Below are positions 13,687-25,136 of a stretch of 64,000 bases of DNA, piece after piece; within the stretch, counting starts at the first letter, position 1, and every line of letters starts with the position of its first letter. The stretch comes from Adineta vaga (Eukaryota; Animalia; Rotifera), in NCBI GenBank assembly GCA_021613535.1, contig CP075492.1:3038001-3102000 (forward strand), written 5' to 3'. The position numbers and the translations under genes are program-made. The notes below the pieces were generated by a model that was not told the DNA's origin, made no database searches, and was given only the letters and a program-made list of their open reading frames with translations.

Positions 13687-14138
13687 TGTTGTATTCAAAT
13701 GAAATTATCCAAGATATTAGAATTCGATCATTTATATAGCTGTGATTTTAAGTCAATATATAATCTGTTGATTCGATCGGACTCTTTATATTTGTTTTGT
13801 GATTTTATTTCAATGTTATCGTCTCAAATATTATATTTTATATTTATTTTCCTATACAAAATTCCATCTCATTATCCTATTCAAATAATAAGTAGATCCA
13901 ATTTCAAATATTTTTGTCAGTTTTTTATTTCTAAATCTCATCAATGAAAAGAATATTTTCGTAGAATTATATGGAATTGTTCGGATCATGTCTTCTAAAC
14001 TTTTTTTTGTGAAAATAGCATTTATTTTTTCAGGATAAATTTTATTTTTCTAAATGTTCTATTGCGTGATTAATATAGATGAAAGAAAAAGACAAATAGA
14101 CAATGAATTTTTCAAGTAAATAAATGTGTTGAAGAATA

Positions 14139-15068
14139 TTAATGGGAACATCCAGTAATATCAATTAATTCACGTGGACAATCAACTTTTGAATAAGTCA
14201 TTGTAGGATTATCAGCACCTTTAAACCAATCAAAACGAAAGAAACATCCATCACGAATTTGTTCGGGAAGAGAAGAACATTCATCACGAGAATTTACACC
14301 ACCATGTCGTTGACCCCAACCATCATTTGGTGCATTCCATTGTGAAGAACATCCGTTAAAGATTCCTACGCCACCACCAGGAATTTGTAAATCAAATTGA
14401 TGATCAGCTACATCTTTTCCACTATTTGTAACTTGAACAATCATTGATTTGCCTCTAACTGGTTCACTAGTAAAATCTAATTTATAACAAGAACAACATC
14501 GATCTTGTTCATTCACACCTGGAATAGTTGCAGCTGCAAATCCATAAGCTAATTGCTCATTAATTGCCCATGGTTTTTGATTATTACAAGTAAAAGAATA
14601 ATCACCTTCACCACCATCATGACATCCACTTCTTGCGTGTGGATGATCAAATACAGAATATCCATCTTGACGACAACTTTTAACATAAATATTATTTCCG
14701 GATACATTTTCATCCCAAGCACAACTTGGTTTACAACAATCCCAATATCGTGTTGTTTTTCCCGGTTGTGAAGGTACATTATCTATAACACCACAAACCA
14801 TACTTCGATCATCTGTTGGAACAGCATTCTCTTTCGAAATAGCACCTTGTTTCATCCAACAAGTTCCACCATTATGAGTTGTCCATGTAAAATGAGTACA
14901 ACCTGATGTTGAAGCACATCTACCACCACAATCTTCACCACGAATTTGAACATTCATTAGATTATTTTCATGAAAATCACAAGCCAATGCCCAGTTTCCA
15001 TTCCATTCGATAGCAGATGTATGATAAATAATAAATAGACACACAACAAGCAACGCTAAAGATGACAT
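14139..15068 (-). CDS. Secreted PAN/apple-domain + GH45 endoglucanase (cellulase)
   Basis: Signal peptide; PAN-like module (CDF..CGGRC..GCTHFTW..GTCWMK); GH45 signatures TTRYWDCCKPSCAW and FDLQIPGGGVGIFNGC; intronless. Confidence 0.93.
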   Translation of the reverse strand: MSSLALLVVCLFIIYHTSAIEWNGNWALACDFHENNLMNVQIRGEDCGGRCASTSGCTHFTWTTHNGGTCWMKQGAISKENAVPTDDRSMVCGVIDNVPSQPGKTTRYWDCCKPSCAWDENVSGNNIYVKSCRQDGYSVFDHPHARSGCHDGGEGDYSFTCNNQKPWAINEQLAYGFAAATIPGVNEQDRCCSCYKLDFTSEPVRGKSMIVQVTNSGKDVADHQFDLQIPGGGVGIFNGCSSQWNAPNDGWGQRHGGVNSRDECSSLPEQIRDGCFFRFDWFKGADNPTMTYSKVDCPRELIDITGCSH

Positions 15069-15705
15069 GTTTTGGATATGTTTCGTACTATTTTTCTCGT
15101 TCCTTTTATATAGAAAATTAGATATGAGGTGGGAAATTTTTCACAAAATGACCTTATGCTCGTTGTTGTGGTTACAAAATGAATAATATTCTCTTTCAAT
15201 ACATAACAGACGTCGAATGGAAAATTTTAGTTCTGACTAGGCAGAATTGAAATTGATATTTTATAATGAAAAGAAGACGAAGAGAAAGATAGGAAATCTA
15301 CACCTCTTTTGTTTTTAGTGAACCATATCCATTAGTATGTTATATTGGAAATTTTTGGATATATGCTTGTTCTCGGTCAGTAGTTGTACGGTAGGAAGAG
15401 GAGACCTCAAACTTTGCAATAAGAGCTCAGTCAGTTAGAGCGCCATGGGCTTTACCGAAAGTACATGTACTATATATTATCGCCATTCAGTGCTCATCCT
15501 CACCCTCACCCTCACACCTTCATTTATTGAGGCCAATCAGGTTACAGCAGACTTTTATCATCAAGTATCTTTCGTACTTTAGATGAGAAACAAGTGATCG
15601 AAGGAAAAAAAACGCTTTTCTTTATGATGAAGAAACTAATTAATAAGAGAAGATTTTTATTCATCTTATTTTCCTCTAATCGTTCTTATGAATTTGATGT
15701 TTGTT

Positions 15706-16738
15706 TCAGATAGATTCAACAAATAAATTCATTTGTGGAGTTATTTGATTAATATGTTTCGATAAACATAACATTTTCAAATAATGTTTCACTTGACGAC
15801 GAAATCGTGATGATATGATCAAAAACAAATAAAAATTTATCTAAAAAAAGAAAGAACAAGAAAACTTTCCAAAAGAACTGAAATATCCTTACTGAAAAAT
15901 TCATATATAACAATGAATAGAAGATTGAACCAATGAGAAGTGTAATCGTTGATTTAATATCATTATTTTCATTAACATGAAGATTTAATTGATATAATGT
16001 TATAATAATATAAGGAAAACCAAAGATAATTAACGATAAAATTCTAATTAAAATCATTGCTGTTAATTGTTGATCAAGTCGACGACGAATTAATCGAGTT
16101 TGTCTTCGAATTATACGACGAACATTTACATAGGATAAGAAACTAAATGTTATTGTTATTAATAATGGAAATGCATTACTTAAAATTGGATAATAAAAAT
16201 ACGAGAAATATTTTTTGATTCTTTCATCATAAATTGTACATCCCAATGAAAATTGACGAATTTCTGAATAGATTACAAATAATATTCCATGAGAAAATGA
16301 TAAACCGAGGTTAAAAATTAGAAAATAATAAACTGATTTCATTGTACTTAATTGACGAAGATAATATCGAGGATTTGTAGACAAATATTGATCAATTGTA
16401 GTAAAACATATCGTAAATAATGAACATAAACCGAAAAATTGAGAAAAACCTGAACGAATTTTACACCATGCAATTGAAGTTAATGTTGGATCAAACTTTA
16501 AAATATTCGTTAATAAACGTGATGAACAAATAAAAATTAATAAACCAATATTAAAATAAGATTCAATGATTAAATATAAACTTGAAGGACTTTTACGAAA
16601 GATTTTCACATTTGTTAAAATGATTATTAAAGAAATATTACTTATTAAACCGAGGATCATATTAAATAGACCAAAGATAAAACGAATATCATTAGTTATA
16701 TCACGAAGATAATTGATTGTGGAATTTATTGATGACAT
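15706..16738 (-). CDS. Orphan rhodopsin-like 7TM GPCR
   Basis: Seven hydrophobic segments, WCKIR before TM3, TIDQY in the DRY position. A short 3' intron (FS|gtaag..tttag|) gives INFYLFLIISSRFRRQV...ESI*. Confidence 0.85.
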
Positions 16739-17466
16739 TTATTTTCTTTTCTTATTATTAAACACCACGTAAACAGCAGAATGCGTCTTTCTATGAGATT
16801 GTGTTGAGATACATTTTAAAAAAATCAACGGAATTTACTAAAAGCTCATTCATTTTTTTGTCTTTTGAGTTTGTTTGACTCAATGACGTTTAGTTTTTGC
16901 TTCATTTTTAAATTCAATTAAGATATAGAGGATAATTTCATAGGATAGATTACATTTTTTTAAATTAATTCTTGGTTCATAAATAATGTTATTAAGAAAA
17001 TCCTTTTGAAATTAGATTCTAGATCAGGTTAATTACAAGTGAAGAAATGAGAAATTGTATTATATTCTTTCGTAATTATTATTAAAAGAATCGAATAGAT
17101 CAACAATATTATCTATGATCAGATGTACCTTTGATTATATGGAAAGAAGATCATATAGACATTTTCCTTTGTGTAATATGATACGATATTGGATTATAGA
17201 AAGATTTTTAAAATTTCACAAAGATTCAGAATATTTCGAATGATTATTGTTTAACAATAAATTTTAGAAATTAGAATATCATACCCGCCGGCGTGTGGAT
17301 TAGATATGAAGGTGTGGGTGCTCCTTCGGTCATCATTCTTCACATTCACACTCTCTTCTCTTATATAGAGATAATTGGATTAGATGTGGGAAAAACAAGG
17401 AAAAGTCAGAAAATGACCAATCGGAAAACGAATTGATCTTGCTCGTCTTTTCGGTTAAGGAAACTT

Positions 17467-17470
<4 letters not shown>

Positions 17471-17496
<26 letters not shown>
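17471..17496. repeat. (CT)13 microsatellite upstream of the expansin-like gene
   Basis: Seen directly; the mirrored copy near 49312-49322 is only about (AG)5. Confidence 0.9.
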
Positions 17497-17497
<1 letters not shown>

Positions 17498-17720
17498 GCT
17501 ACATAACAGACGTGGAATAAGAAATATTTTGTTTCTCACCCATAGCTATATAAATGTTCGAGAGATAGTTCGTTCATCATTCTTACATCAACAAGAAAAT
17601 AGGTCAAGCATCATTTTAACTGTAAGTAAAAATAAATGAAAATTGAATCAATTGATTACCATCGAATATAGAAAATCATTTTTATTCAATTTAGAATCTG
17701 TTTCTCCATCGAACAAAACT

Positions 17721-18650
17721 ATGCATGAAAGTTGTACGATGATGATTTTTGTGCTATATGCAGTTTTGATGAGTTCTTTATCAGGTCATGTTATGAAGCG
17801 TAGTATTGAATGGACGGGAAATTGGGCATTGGCTTGTGATTTTCATGAAAATAATCTAATGAATGTTCAAATTCGTGGTGAAGATTGTGGTAGTAGATGT
17901 GCTTCAACATCAGGTTGTACTCATTTTACATGGACAACTCATAATGGTGGAACTTGTTGGATGAAACAAGGTGCTGTTTCGAAAGAGAATGCTGTTCCAA
18001 CCGATGATCGAAGTATGGTTTGTGGTGTCAATGAAAAAGAACCAATAAATGAAGTAATGAATGATGTTCATACAACACGTCATGGTGCTACTGAATATGG
18101 AGCATGTGCACTTCCAGCATCAGATTATGCAGTTACTAATCCAGTTGCACTGGGAAATATTGAATCATTGAAAGCTCTCAAATTTCGTCCTGAATTATGT
18201 GGTCACATTCTTAATGTTGATTGTGGTCATGGATCATTAGATATTATTGTAACAAATTCAAATTTAGGAGGTGGTCTTGATCTCTATGGTTCAACTTGGG
18301 ACAAACTTACAAATAATAAACCACCTGGAATAACTTCATGTAATGTTAAATTAGCTGATCGTAATGCTTTCCAATTTGATGGTCCTCGTTGTTATTACAA
18401 TCCTGGCAGTCCAATTGACAATGCTTATTATAAAAATATTGGACTTTTAAATACAAATGGTCGTCTAGTTGTTAAAGCAACAATTGATAATCAGTCTGGA
18501 GTACATCAGGGAACTAATCCTTATTATGCATTTAATTTTGGTCCAATCGATGAAAATAAACAAGTTATATTTACTTTTGAAGATGGAAATACTCATTCAG
18601 TTTTCTTACGTGATTGTCAAAAACAACAAAATCAACAAAGATGGAGTTAA
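17721..18650 (+). CDS. Secreted PAN/apple-domain + expansin-like (DPBB + C-terminal CBM63-like) protein
   Basis: Signal peptide; same PAN module as the GH45; GACALP, CGHILNVDC, IIVTN..GGGLDL fit an expansin/DPBB domain 1, followed by an aromatic-rich beta domain; TATA-like TATATAAA near 17547; intronless. Confidence 0.75.
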   Translation: MHESCTMMIFVLYAVLMSSLSGHVMKRSIEWTGNWALACDFHENNLMNVQIRGEDCGSRCASTSGCTHFTWTTHNGGTCWMKQGAVSKENAVPTDDRSMVCGVNEKEPINEVMNDVHTTRHGATEYGACALPASDYAVTNPVALGNIESLKALKFRPELCGHILNVDCGHGSLDIIVTNSNLGGGLDLYGSTWDKLTNNKPPGITSCNVKLADRNAFQFDGPRCYYNPGSPIDNAYYKNIGLLNTNGRLVVKATIDNQSGVHQGTNPYYAFNFGPIDENKQVIFTFEDGNTHSVFLRDCQKQQNQQRWS

Positions 18651-19871
18651 AATGAAACTTCATTAGAAAGTTCAATAATTTGTTTTTTTTGTCTACCTTT
18701 TTCTTGTAGAACATCTTATTGGTTCAGAAGATAATAAACTACACGTAGATGATAATAATGATATCTCTTTCTGTTATGAATTGTTCTAATCGATTTAACA
18801 ACCTTATCAAACTCTTTAGCAAATTAAAAATAATGACAGTATTCTTCTCGATTCTCAGTCTATGTCATTATAAGTTTTTTATTCAAATTAGATCGACATG
18901 ACAAAAGAATGTAATAATCATTATATTTAATTCAAGTTAATAAGTGATTTTTATCTGCATGAATAAGATGAATAAAGAATCTCAAGAGAATTTATTGAAT
19001 GTCTGAATGAACCAAATAACAACATTGTTATAGTTAGTAGATTATGTGATACGATTACCTATCTTTCGATTATTTTGATTCATATTTCAAAGAATACGAG
19101 GACATAAGAACAATCTGCTTTGTTTTCATACCGACTTTATCTGACGAAAAGTCATTTTACATGCTTGTTGTGTAATTGCGTTTTTATTATTATCTTAAAT
19201 ATCAAAACTGGCAGAATATTTGTCAAATACAAGAAATGTATCCTATTTCATTATGAAAAGCTTGGTTTTCTATGCCACAAAGTTATTTAGTGCATCTATT
19301 ATTATAGTGGTAAAACTTCGATCATACTAATCTATATCAAAGAAGGATATCCGAGTGTAAGTCTTGGTTTCGAGATGGTGTTATATTAGTTTAGTTGTTA
19401 CCAGTTGCACCTTTTAAGATTGATAATACGTATCTAGACTGTTCTTCTAAATAAAACCACTGACCACGTCTATTGTTTGAATATTTCGTTATTATTGGTA
19501 TTGAATGAACTAGCATACAGATTAAAGTTTGTAAAGCCAGAGCTTCACAAAGATTTCTCAATGATGACCAGTGGAGAGAAACGCTTTATACTATTGGTAA
19601 TCAGCTCAACAGATACAATATCTCAACATCCATCTTATGGTGTTATTATCCTTTTTCATTCTTAAAAAAAACATATTAGAGGACCTCCTTCTAGATTTTC
19701 GATATCGAAACATGATACAAAAACAAGAATCTTTTAAACTAGAGAGAGGTTATAAACCTTACGTTTTCAGAACAATAGAAATATGATTGAAAAACAAATA
19801 AAAATGAGTGAAATATTTTAAAGTATATATAAGTATTGTTATTATCAATTGGGAATTTGATTTTACATATT

Positions 19872-21658
19872 TCAATAATGTGCACTGACGACAAATGCAT
19901 TGGTCTTGGGAGTTGGAATAGTGCTTTTCAAAAAACAGTAGGTAGCAACCGTTCCAGCTGACAGCATAGCCCATGTGTACCCAAGACACTTTGTATTTGA
20001 TAGACATAAATCACAACAGCTGCTAAAAGTGGTGCCGTTGATCATTAATAAATCATAATACTGCATGTCAAAACCAATTAGAATCGTCATATTACTACAT
20101 ACATATGGATTTGATGTTGTACCTTTAATCAAAATAAATCGTAATTAGGATAGAATATCACAATTATCTCACTTGTGGTTAAAGTTGTCGTGGTTTTCGT
20201 CGTCATCGTTGTTGTTGTCGTTGGAAGCGTGATCGTGACTGTAGTGGATGTTTGGGTCATTGTTGTAGTTGTGGTTGGAAGCGCTGTTGTTGTTGTCGTT
20301 GGAAGCGTTGTTATGACTGTAGTGGTTGTTTGAACTGTCGCTGTTGCTGTTGTCGTTGGAAGTGTGATCGTGACCGTAGTGGATGTTTGGGTCATTTTTG
20401 TAGTTGCTGTAGTTGTGGTTGGAAGCGCTGTTGCTGTTGTCGTTGGAAGCGTTGTCATCACTGTAGTGGTTATTTGAACCATTGTTGTTGATGTCGTCGG
20501 AAGTGCTGCCGAGACTGTAGTGGATGTTTGGATCGTCGTTGTTGTTGTATCGGTAGTAATGGTTCGATTGACTGATTCAAAAACCAGTTCAGTATTTAAT
20601 ATGATACCGTTGGTGAATGATATTCGAAAATTAACTAGCCGTTGGGCTGATTCAATCGTAAGAAGCATGCGTTTTGTGAAATGATCGTTGCAAATTTTTA
20701 CACCACCGCATGTAGGTGGATATTTTATTTCGAATTCAATTACAAAGAAATCGTCAGTTTCATTGGTTACATTATTGTTTACGGTATTGCTGAAAGAAAT
20801 ATAGAATATTTAAATATTCAGTGTGAAAATCAGTACTAAAAGTGCAAAAAACTTCAAATTATGGAATTATCTGAAGTGAAAAATAGATTGATTAAATCAA
20901 AAATATATCAATATGACGAACTAGTCTACCGTTCATAGATTCATCAATTACAATTAAAGTGTCTGAATTTTGTAAAAGACGACTCATGTCTACACTTTTT
21001 TAACGAACACGTCACAATTACGAAAATTTTCGATGTAGAACTACAATAGAAAGCTTAAATAGTATAGAAAAATAGTTACATTTGTCGCTTTCGCTTAGTA
21101 AAAATAAGACTTTGGATGAATCGTGCCGAAAACACTCGAATAATATTTTTGGATGCACTATACTTTTGAGCAATCTTCCAAGAAAAAATGAATAAAAATA
21201 TTTTGCAAACGTCTAATATCTTTCATTACCTGATTCGCCAGATCTGTCAAATCTGTTACAGTAAGTGAATCATTACTGATGATATTCGATTTATAATTGA
21301 GATTGAAAGGAGCAGAATCTAAACAAATAAGAAAATATTTCATACATTTTATTCTTGTCCTTATTTCCGTAGCAAAAACAAAACAAATATTTACTGCAAA
21401 ATGTTGCTGTGCGGATAGTTCAGTCAATTAAAGATGTATTTATACTGTTAACTACGTACCTGAATCATCAGTAAACTGCGTCGTTGGACTTTCCGTTAAC
21501 GTTTCTCTGGGTAAATATACAAATATAAAGCCAACACATACTGCTAGAATCCATAATATAAATACGCATAAAAGAATGCGATTAACAATCGATTTGATGA
21601 TATTGGTAAAAGTAACTTCTTCAATCTCAATATTCAGTAGATTTCTTAAGATTTCCAT
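19872..21658 (-). CDS. Type II membrane protein with mucin-like Thr-rich stalk and C-terminal PAN/apple domain
   Basis: TM exon (ORF 21452..21658), further exon(s), Thr-rich ORF 20129..20668, short intron, then a PAN-type domain (C..FD..YDL..CCDLC..CLGYTW..YCFLKS). Confidence 0.7.
20175..20555 (-). repeat. Coding tandem repeats of the Thr-rich stalk (LPTTTT / QTSTTVTIT units)
   Basis: Recurrent gttggaagcg and gtagtggatgtttgg motifs on the + strand. Confidence 0.85.
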
Positions 21659-22325
21659 TCGTTTTATTTATACGTCGATTTTATCTAATGAATGTAATTT
21701 TGTACTGAAATGAAACAAAAAGAACAAATGGTGAACATCGTAAAATTAGCGAAATGTTATTTTCAAAAAATCTATCTTTCTCTTTTGATATATTGATAAA
21801 AGAAAAGAACGGTGAGTTTTGAAAGAATAACTTTGGATGTTTTTCTTTGATGCAAATGAAAGAATACAACGCATGCGTCATATTTGCGAATTTCGCCTCG
21901 CGCATTTCATATCTACTCGCTAACTACCTTGTTGGTAACTCATTTTTGTTATTGATGTGAAATAAAAAATAAGTAATGTATGCATCAATCGATTTGCTCT
22001 AGTGAGTAAAGAGAGAGCAATTTTTCTCTTTCCTTCTAGTTTATCGTATAGGTGAGTGATTAAATTTATTCTTATAATTGATTTGATTTTTATGGAAAAT
22101 CACGCATGTTTTAGTTTTTAATAATATCTCAATTAATGACATATTCTTTATTTTTTTATCTCAGTCGTGAAAAAGTGATTTCTCAAAGTTTATACGAACA
22201 GTCGCTGTGAACAAATTAGCGAAAAAATCAGCCATTCATAAACATGAACCCCTGCGTTTCGAATGTTTGTTCTATAGTTAAAAATTATGTTATAGTTTTT
22301 GAAAAGAGTTTTATTTGAAAAAGAA

Positions 22326-23549
22326 TTATTCATTGATCTTCATCTTAATAAGATCTTCAATCGTTGTTGTTTGAATTTTTGAAAGTTTTGGATGAATTTT
22401 ATTAAATGGTTTTTCAAAAAATCCATCACCTGAAATAGCCAATGAAAATTTTTCTATATCAAATTCAAAGTTTTGTTATTAACCTCGTGCATAAACTGAT
22501 TTAACAAATTCTGAAACTTGTTCATATAATTGTTCCGAAGTAAGATTTTGATACGATTGATTTTCAATAAATTCAAAACTCTACTTAGAAAAAGAATAAA
22601 AATAAAATAATGAATAAAGATCTTTTAACTTGTCCTGTCATTTGTTGAGCAATCTCATAAATTTCGTTAAATGTCGTTGTAAAACTTGCCAGATCAATTC
22701 GTGCATTTTTACATTCCTCAAGTAAAATAATATCAGGTAGAAGTAATGCAATATCATTCGAATATGTTGTAGAGATTTTCATATTTGAAGGGCCAAAGAA
22801 TTGAATTTTTCGTTGTTTTAAATCAATTCCAAAATAGGGAGTAAAAAGAAAATCTTAATGAAATATTTTTCTTTTGATAAAAACGAAACGATTTCGAAAG
22901 AAGAAGAAAAATCAAACCTGTGAATAATCCAGTTGCAATGAATGTATGTTCAATTGATGAATCTTGTTCTAAAAGTTTTTGAATCTCTTGTTTTGGTTTA
23001 TAATAATGACATTCATTTTCTCTAAAGAAAAACGTTTGAGAAATGAATAAATGTGTAAACATTAACGAACTTAATTCGAGATAATTCCATTCCATAATCT
23101 GATGTAATAAATCTTTTTACATGAGCTTTTTTTGATGCTTCAATCAGAGATTTTTGTCCATTGAAGAGAACTTTTTGATCATTACCAGTTAAAAGACAAA
23201 TAACAATATCAATTCCTTGAAGAGCCTATTCAAAAAAAAAGTTTTAAAAAAATCAATTTAATTTTTCTAATAAAACCTACTTTTTCCAGTCCAATAGGAT
23301 CATCAAGTTCACCTTCAATAAGTTTTGCACCTTGTTTTTGAAAATCTTGAAAAATTCTCTTTTTTTCTTCATTCTAAATAAACAATTTGATTACAACTAT
23401 GTTCCATCTTTCAATTCTCAAACCTTCATTGATTCTTTCGAAATCAAAATTGATAAATTAAATTCATCTTGTCGTTTAAGAAAACTATTTGTTACTTTTA
23501 TTCCAAGAGCTTTACCACTAGCTCCAACAATCATTATATTCTCGCACAT
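22326..23549 (-). CDS. NmrA/isoflavone-reductase-like NAD(P)-binding protein, copy 1
   Basis: Mirror of 35806-37032: IMIVGASGKALG Rossmann start, ALQGIDIVIC, VKRFITSDYG; six short introns. Confidence 0.8.
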
Positions 23550-23752
23550 TTTATCTTAAACAAATAACGGTCATCTATGAGATTCACTGATCTTTTCCTG
23601 AAAGAATTCTACTTCAAAAACAGAAGTGCTACATCCTCATTGGCCTCTCCTATCTTACCTATAGAATATATAACCACGTGGTGAATACATATATCTTATC
23701 TATATAGTCATGTTTTTCTCTCTCTTTTCTGTCCTTGAAGTGCGAATAAGAA

Positions 23753-25136
23753 CTATTTTGATTTATTTTTAAAAATAAATTTAAATTTTGCACTACTAAA
23801 AAACGTATTTGTAATTGTAATTTGTTGATTTGATTCCTCAACACAAACATTATGTCGAAATCTATTATGAAAAAGATCATTTAGAATTTGTTGAATATCA
23901 GAATTTTCTTGTTGAAAATATTCATATGGAATAACTAATTTCCAAAGATTTGATTTCGATAATCCAATTAAACTTTTCCAACCTCGTCTTGCATACAATG
24001 GAATTGATAATTGACAATTATCATTTGAAATTAAGATTAATTTGGTATGTAAACCTCTTTCATTGAGACCTCGATGTGAAAATTTTTCTAAAATAATATT
24101 TTTCAATCGAATTCCTTTGAAATTCGACTCAAGTTCACCATTTTCATAATCAAAACATATCTGTGGACCTTTTATAAATCCAATATGTTCAATTGATTCT
24201 GATAGAAATTCTTCTTCTGATATTTGAATATCATTTGTTATTTGAAAATTCCAATTCTTTTCATAAATATTTTTAAAATAAAATCCAACCGAACCCTCTG
24301 AATTCGTTCCTTGAACTCTTAATTGACGATTATTTTGTCCCCAACCAATTTGATGAATGGAAATATGTTTCGTTAAACGAGCTTTACCTTGAATATTAAT
24401 AAATGGTTGTTGAAGCCAATCTTCACTTGGAAGAAAACGAACAAGAGGAATATTATTCTTTCGATTGTATGTTGATGTTAAGGCAGGATTTGATCCAATC
24501 GAATCAAAATCTGCAAAACGTGTATACATTTTATTAATTTCTTTTCCCAAATGATTTTTTGCTCTTTGAAGAAGAAATAATGTTGATCCACTTGTTGCCA
24601 TTGATTCTGCAACAAATTCTCCATCTTCCGGTGTTGTTAATTCATTTTCAAATTTATTTTGTAACCAAGGATCAGCAAAAAAGATTCGTGTTCCATCTTC
24701 ATTTAGACAATAAATTGTTGTTACACCAACATATGGATCAGGATGTTTTTTCCCATTCATATCTGTATAATACATTGTTTCATGACCTTTATGTGACATA
24801 CAAATATTTCGACTATTTTTTAAAGATTTTAATATTGGATTTTTAAATAAATTTACAAGAAGTGAAACACCATCCATATTAAACCATTTTTGTGTCCATT
24901 TTATTCTTGATTCAATGATTTTCCATTGAGGACAATCAAATGAAACTTGACAAATGATTTGATTACTTTTAGCATAATGAATGATTTGATTTTGATCAAC
25001 AGCTAAAATATTATCACCATCAACACTAATCGATATTAATGGAATTTGAAATTGATCAATAAAACCATAATCACCAAATAATTTAAATGATGAATCAGGA
25101 TGTGCACCGATTGGTTTAAACCAAAATTTTCCATAA
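23753..25136 (-). pseudogene. 5'-truncated copy of the 552-aa unknown gene
   Basis: Contains codons ~93-552 in open frame. An in-frame TGA lies just beyond the junction, and the first ATG (24877) gives 374 aa. Confidence 0.85.

Larger units (their letters stand above)
5600..19775 (+). repeat. Left arm of ~14 kb inverted duplication (partner ~46862-60968)
   Basis: Six genes and their intergenic DNA recur in reverse complement and mirrored order. The core is near-identical; both ends are diverged with indels. Confidence 0.97.
22154..25136 (-). repeat. Left copy of ~3 kb inverted duplication (partner 34219-37204)
   Basis: Reverse-complement match from ttttatctcagtcgtg to ccaaaattttccataa. Confidence 0.95.

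Noticed and set aside
14549-14779. Short overlapping ORFs within GH45, FG-GAP, hydrolase, cupin and 552-aa genes (e.g. 8962..9171, 24559..24846, 29786..30007)
   Set aside because: Alternative-frame or antisense shadows with no recognisable motifs.
20252-20491. Cys-rich ORF (CCCCRWK repeats) resembling a metallothionein
   Set aside because: It is the antisense reading of the Thr-rich (ACA/ACG) mucin repeats on the minus strand.
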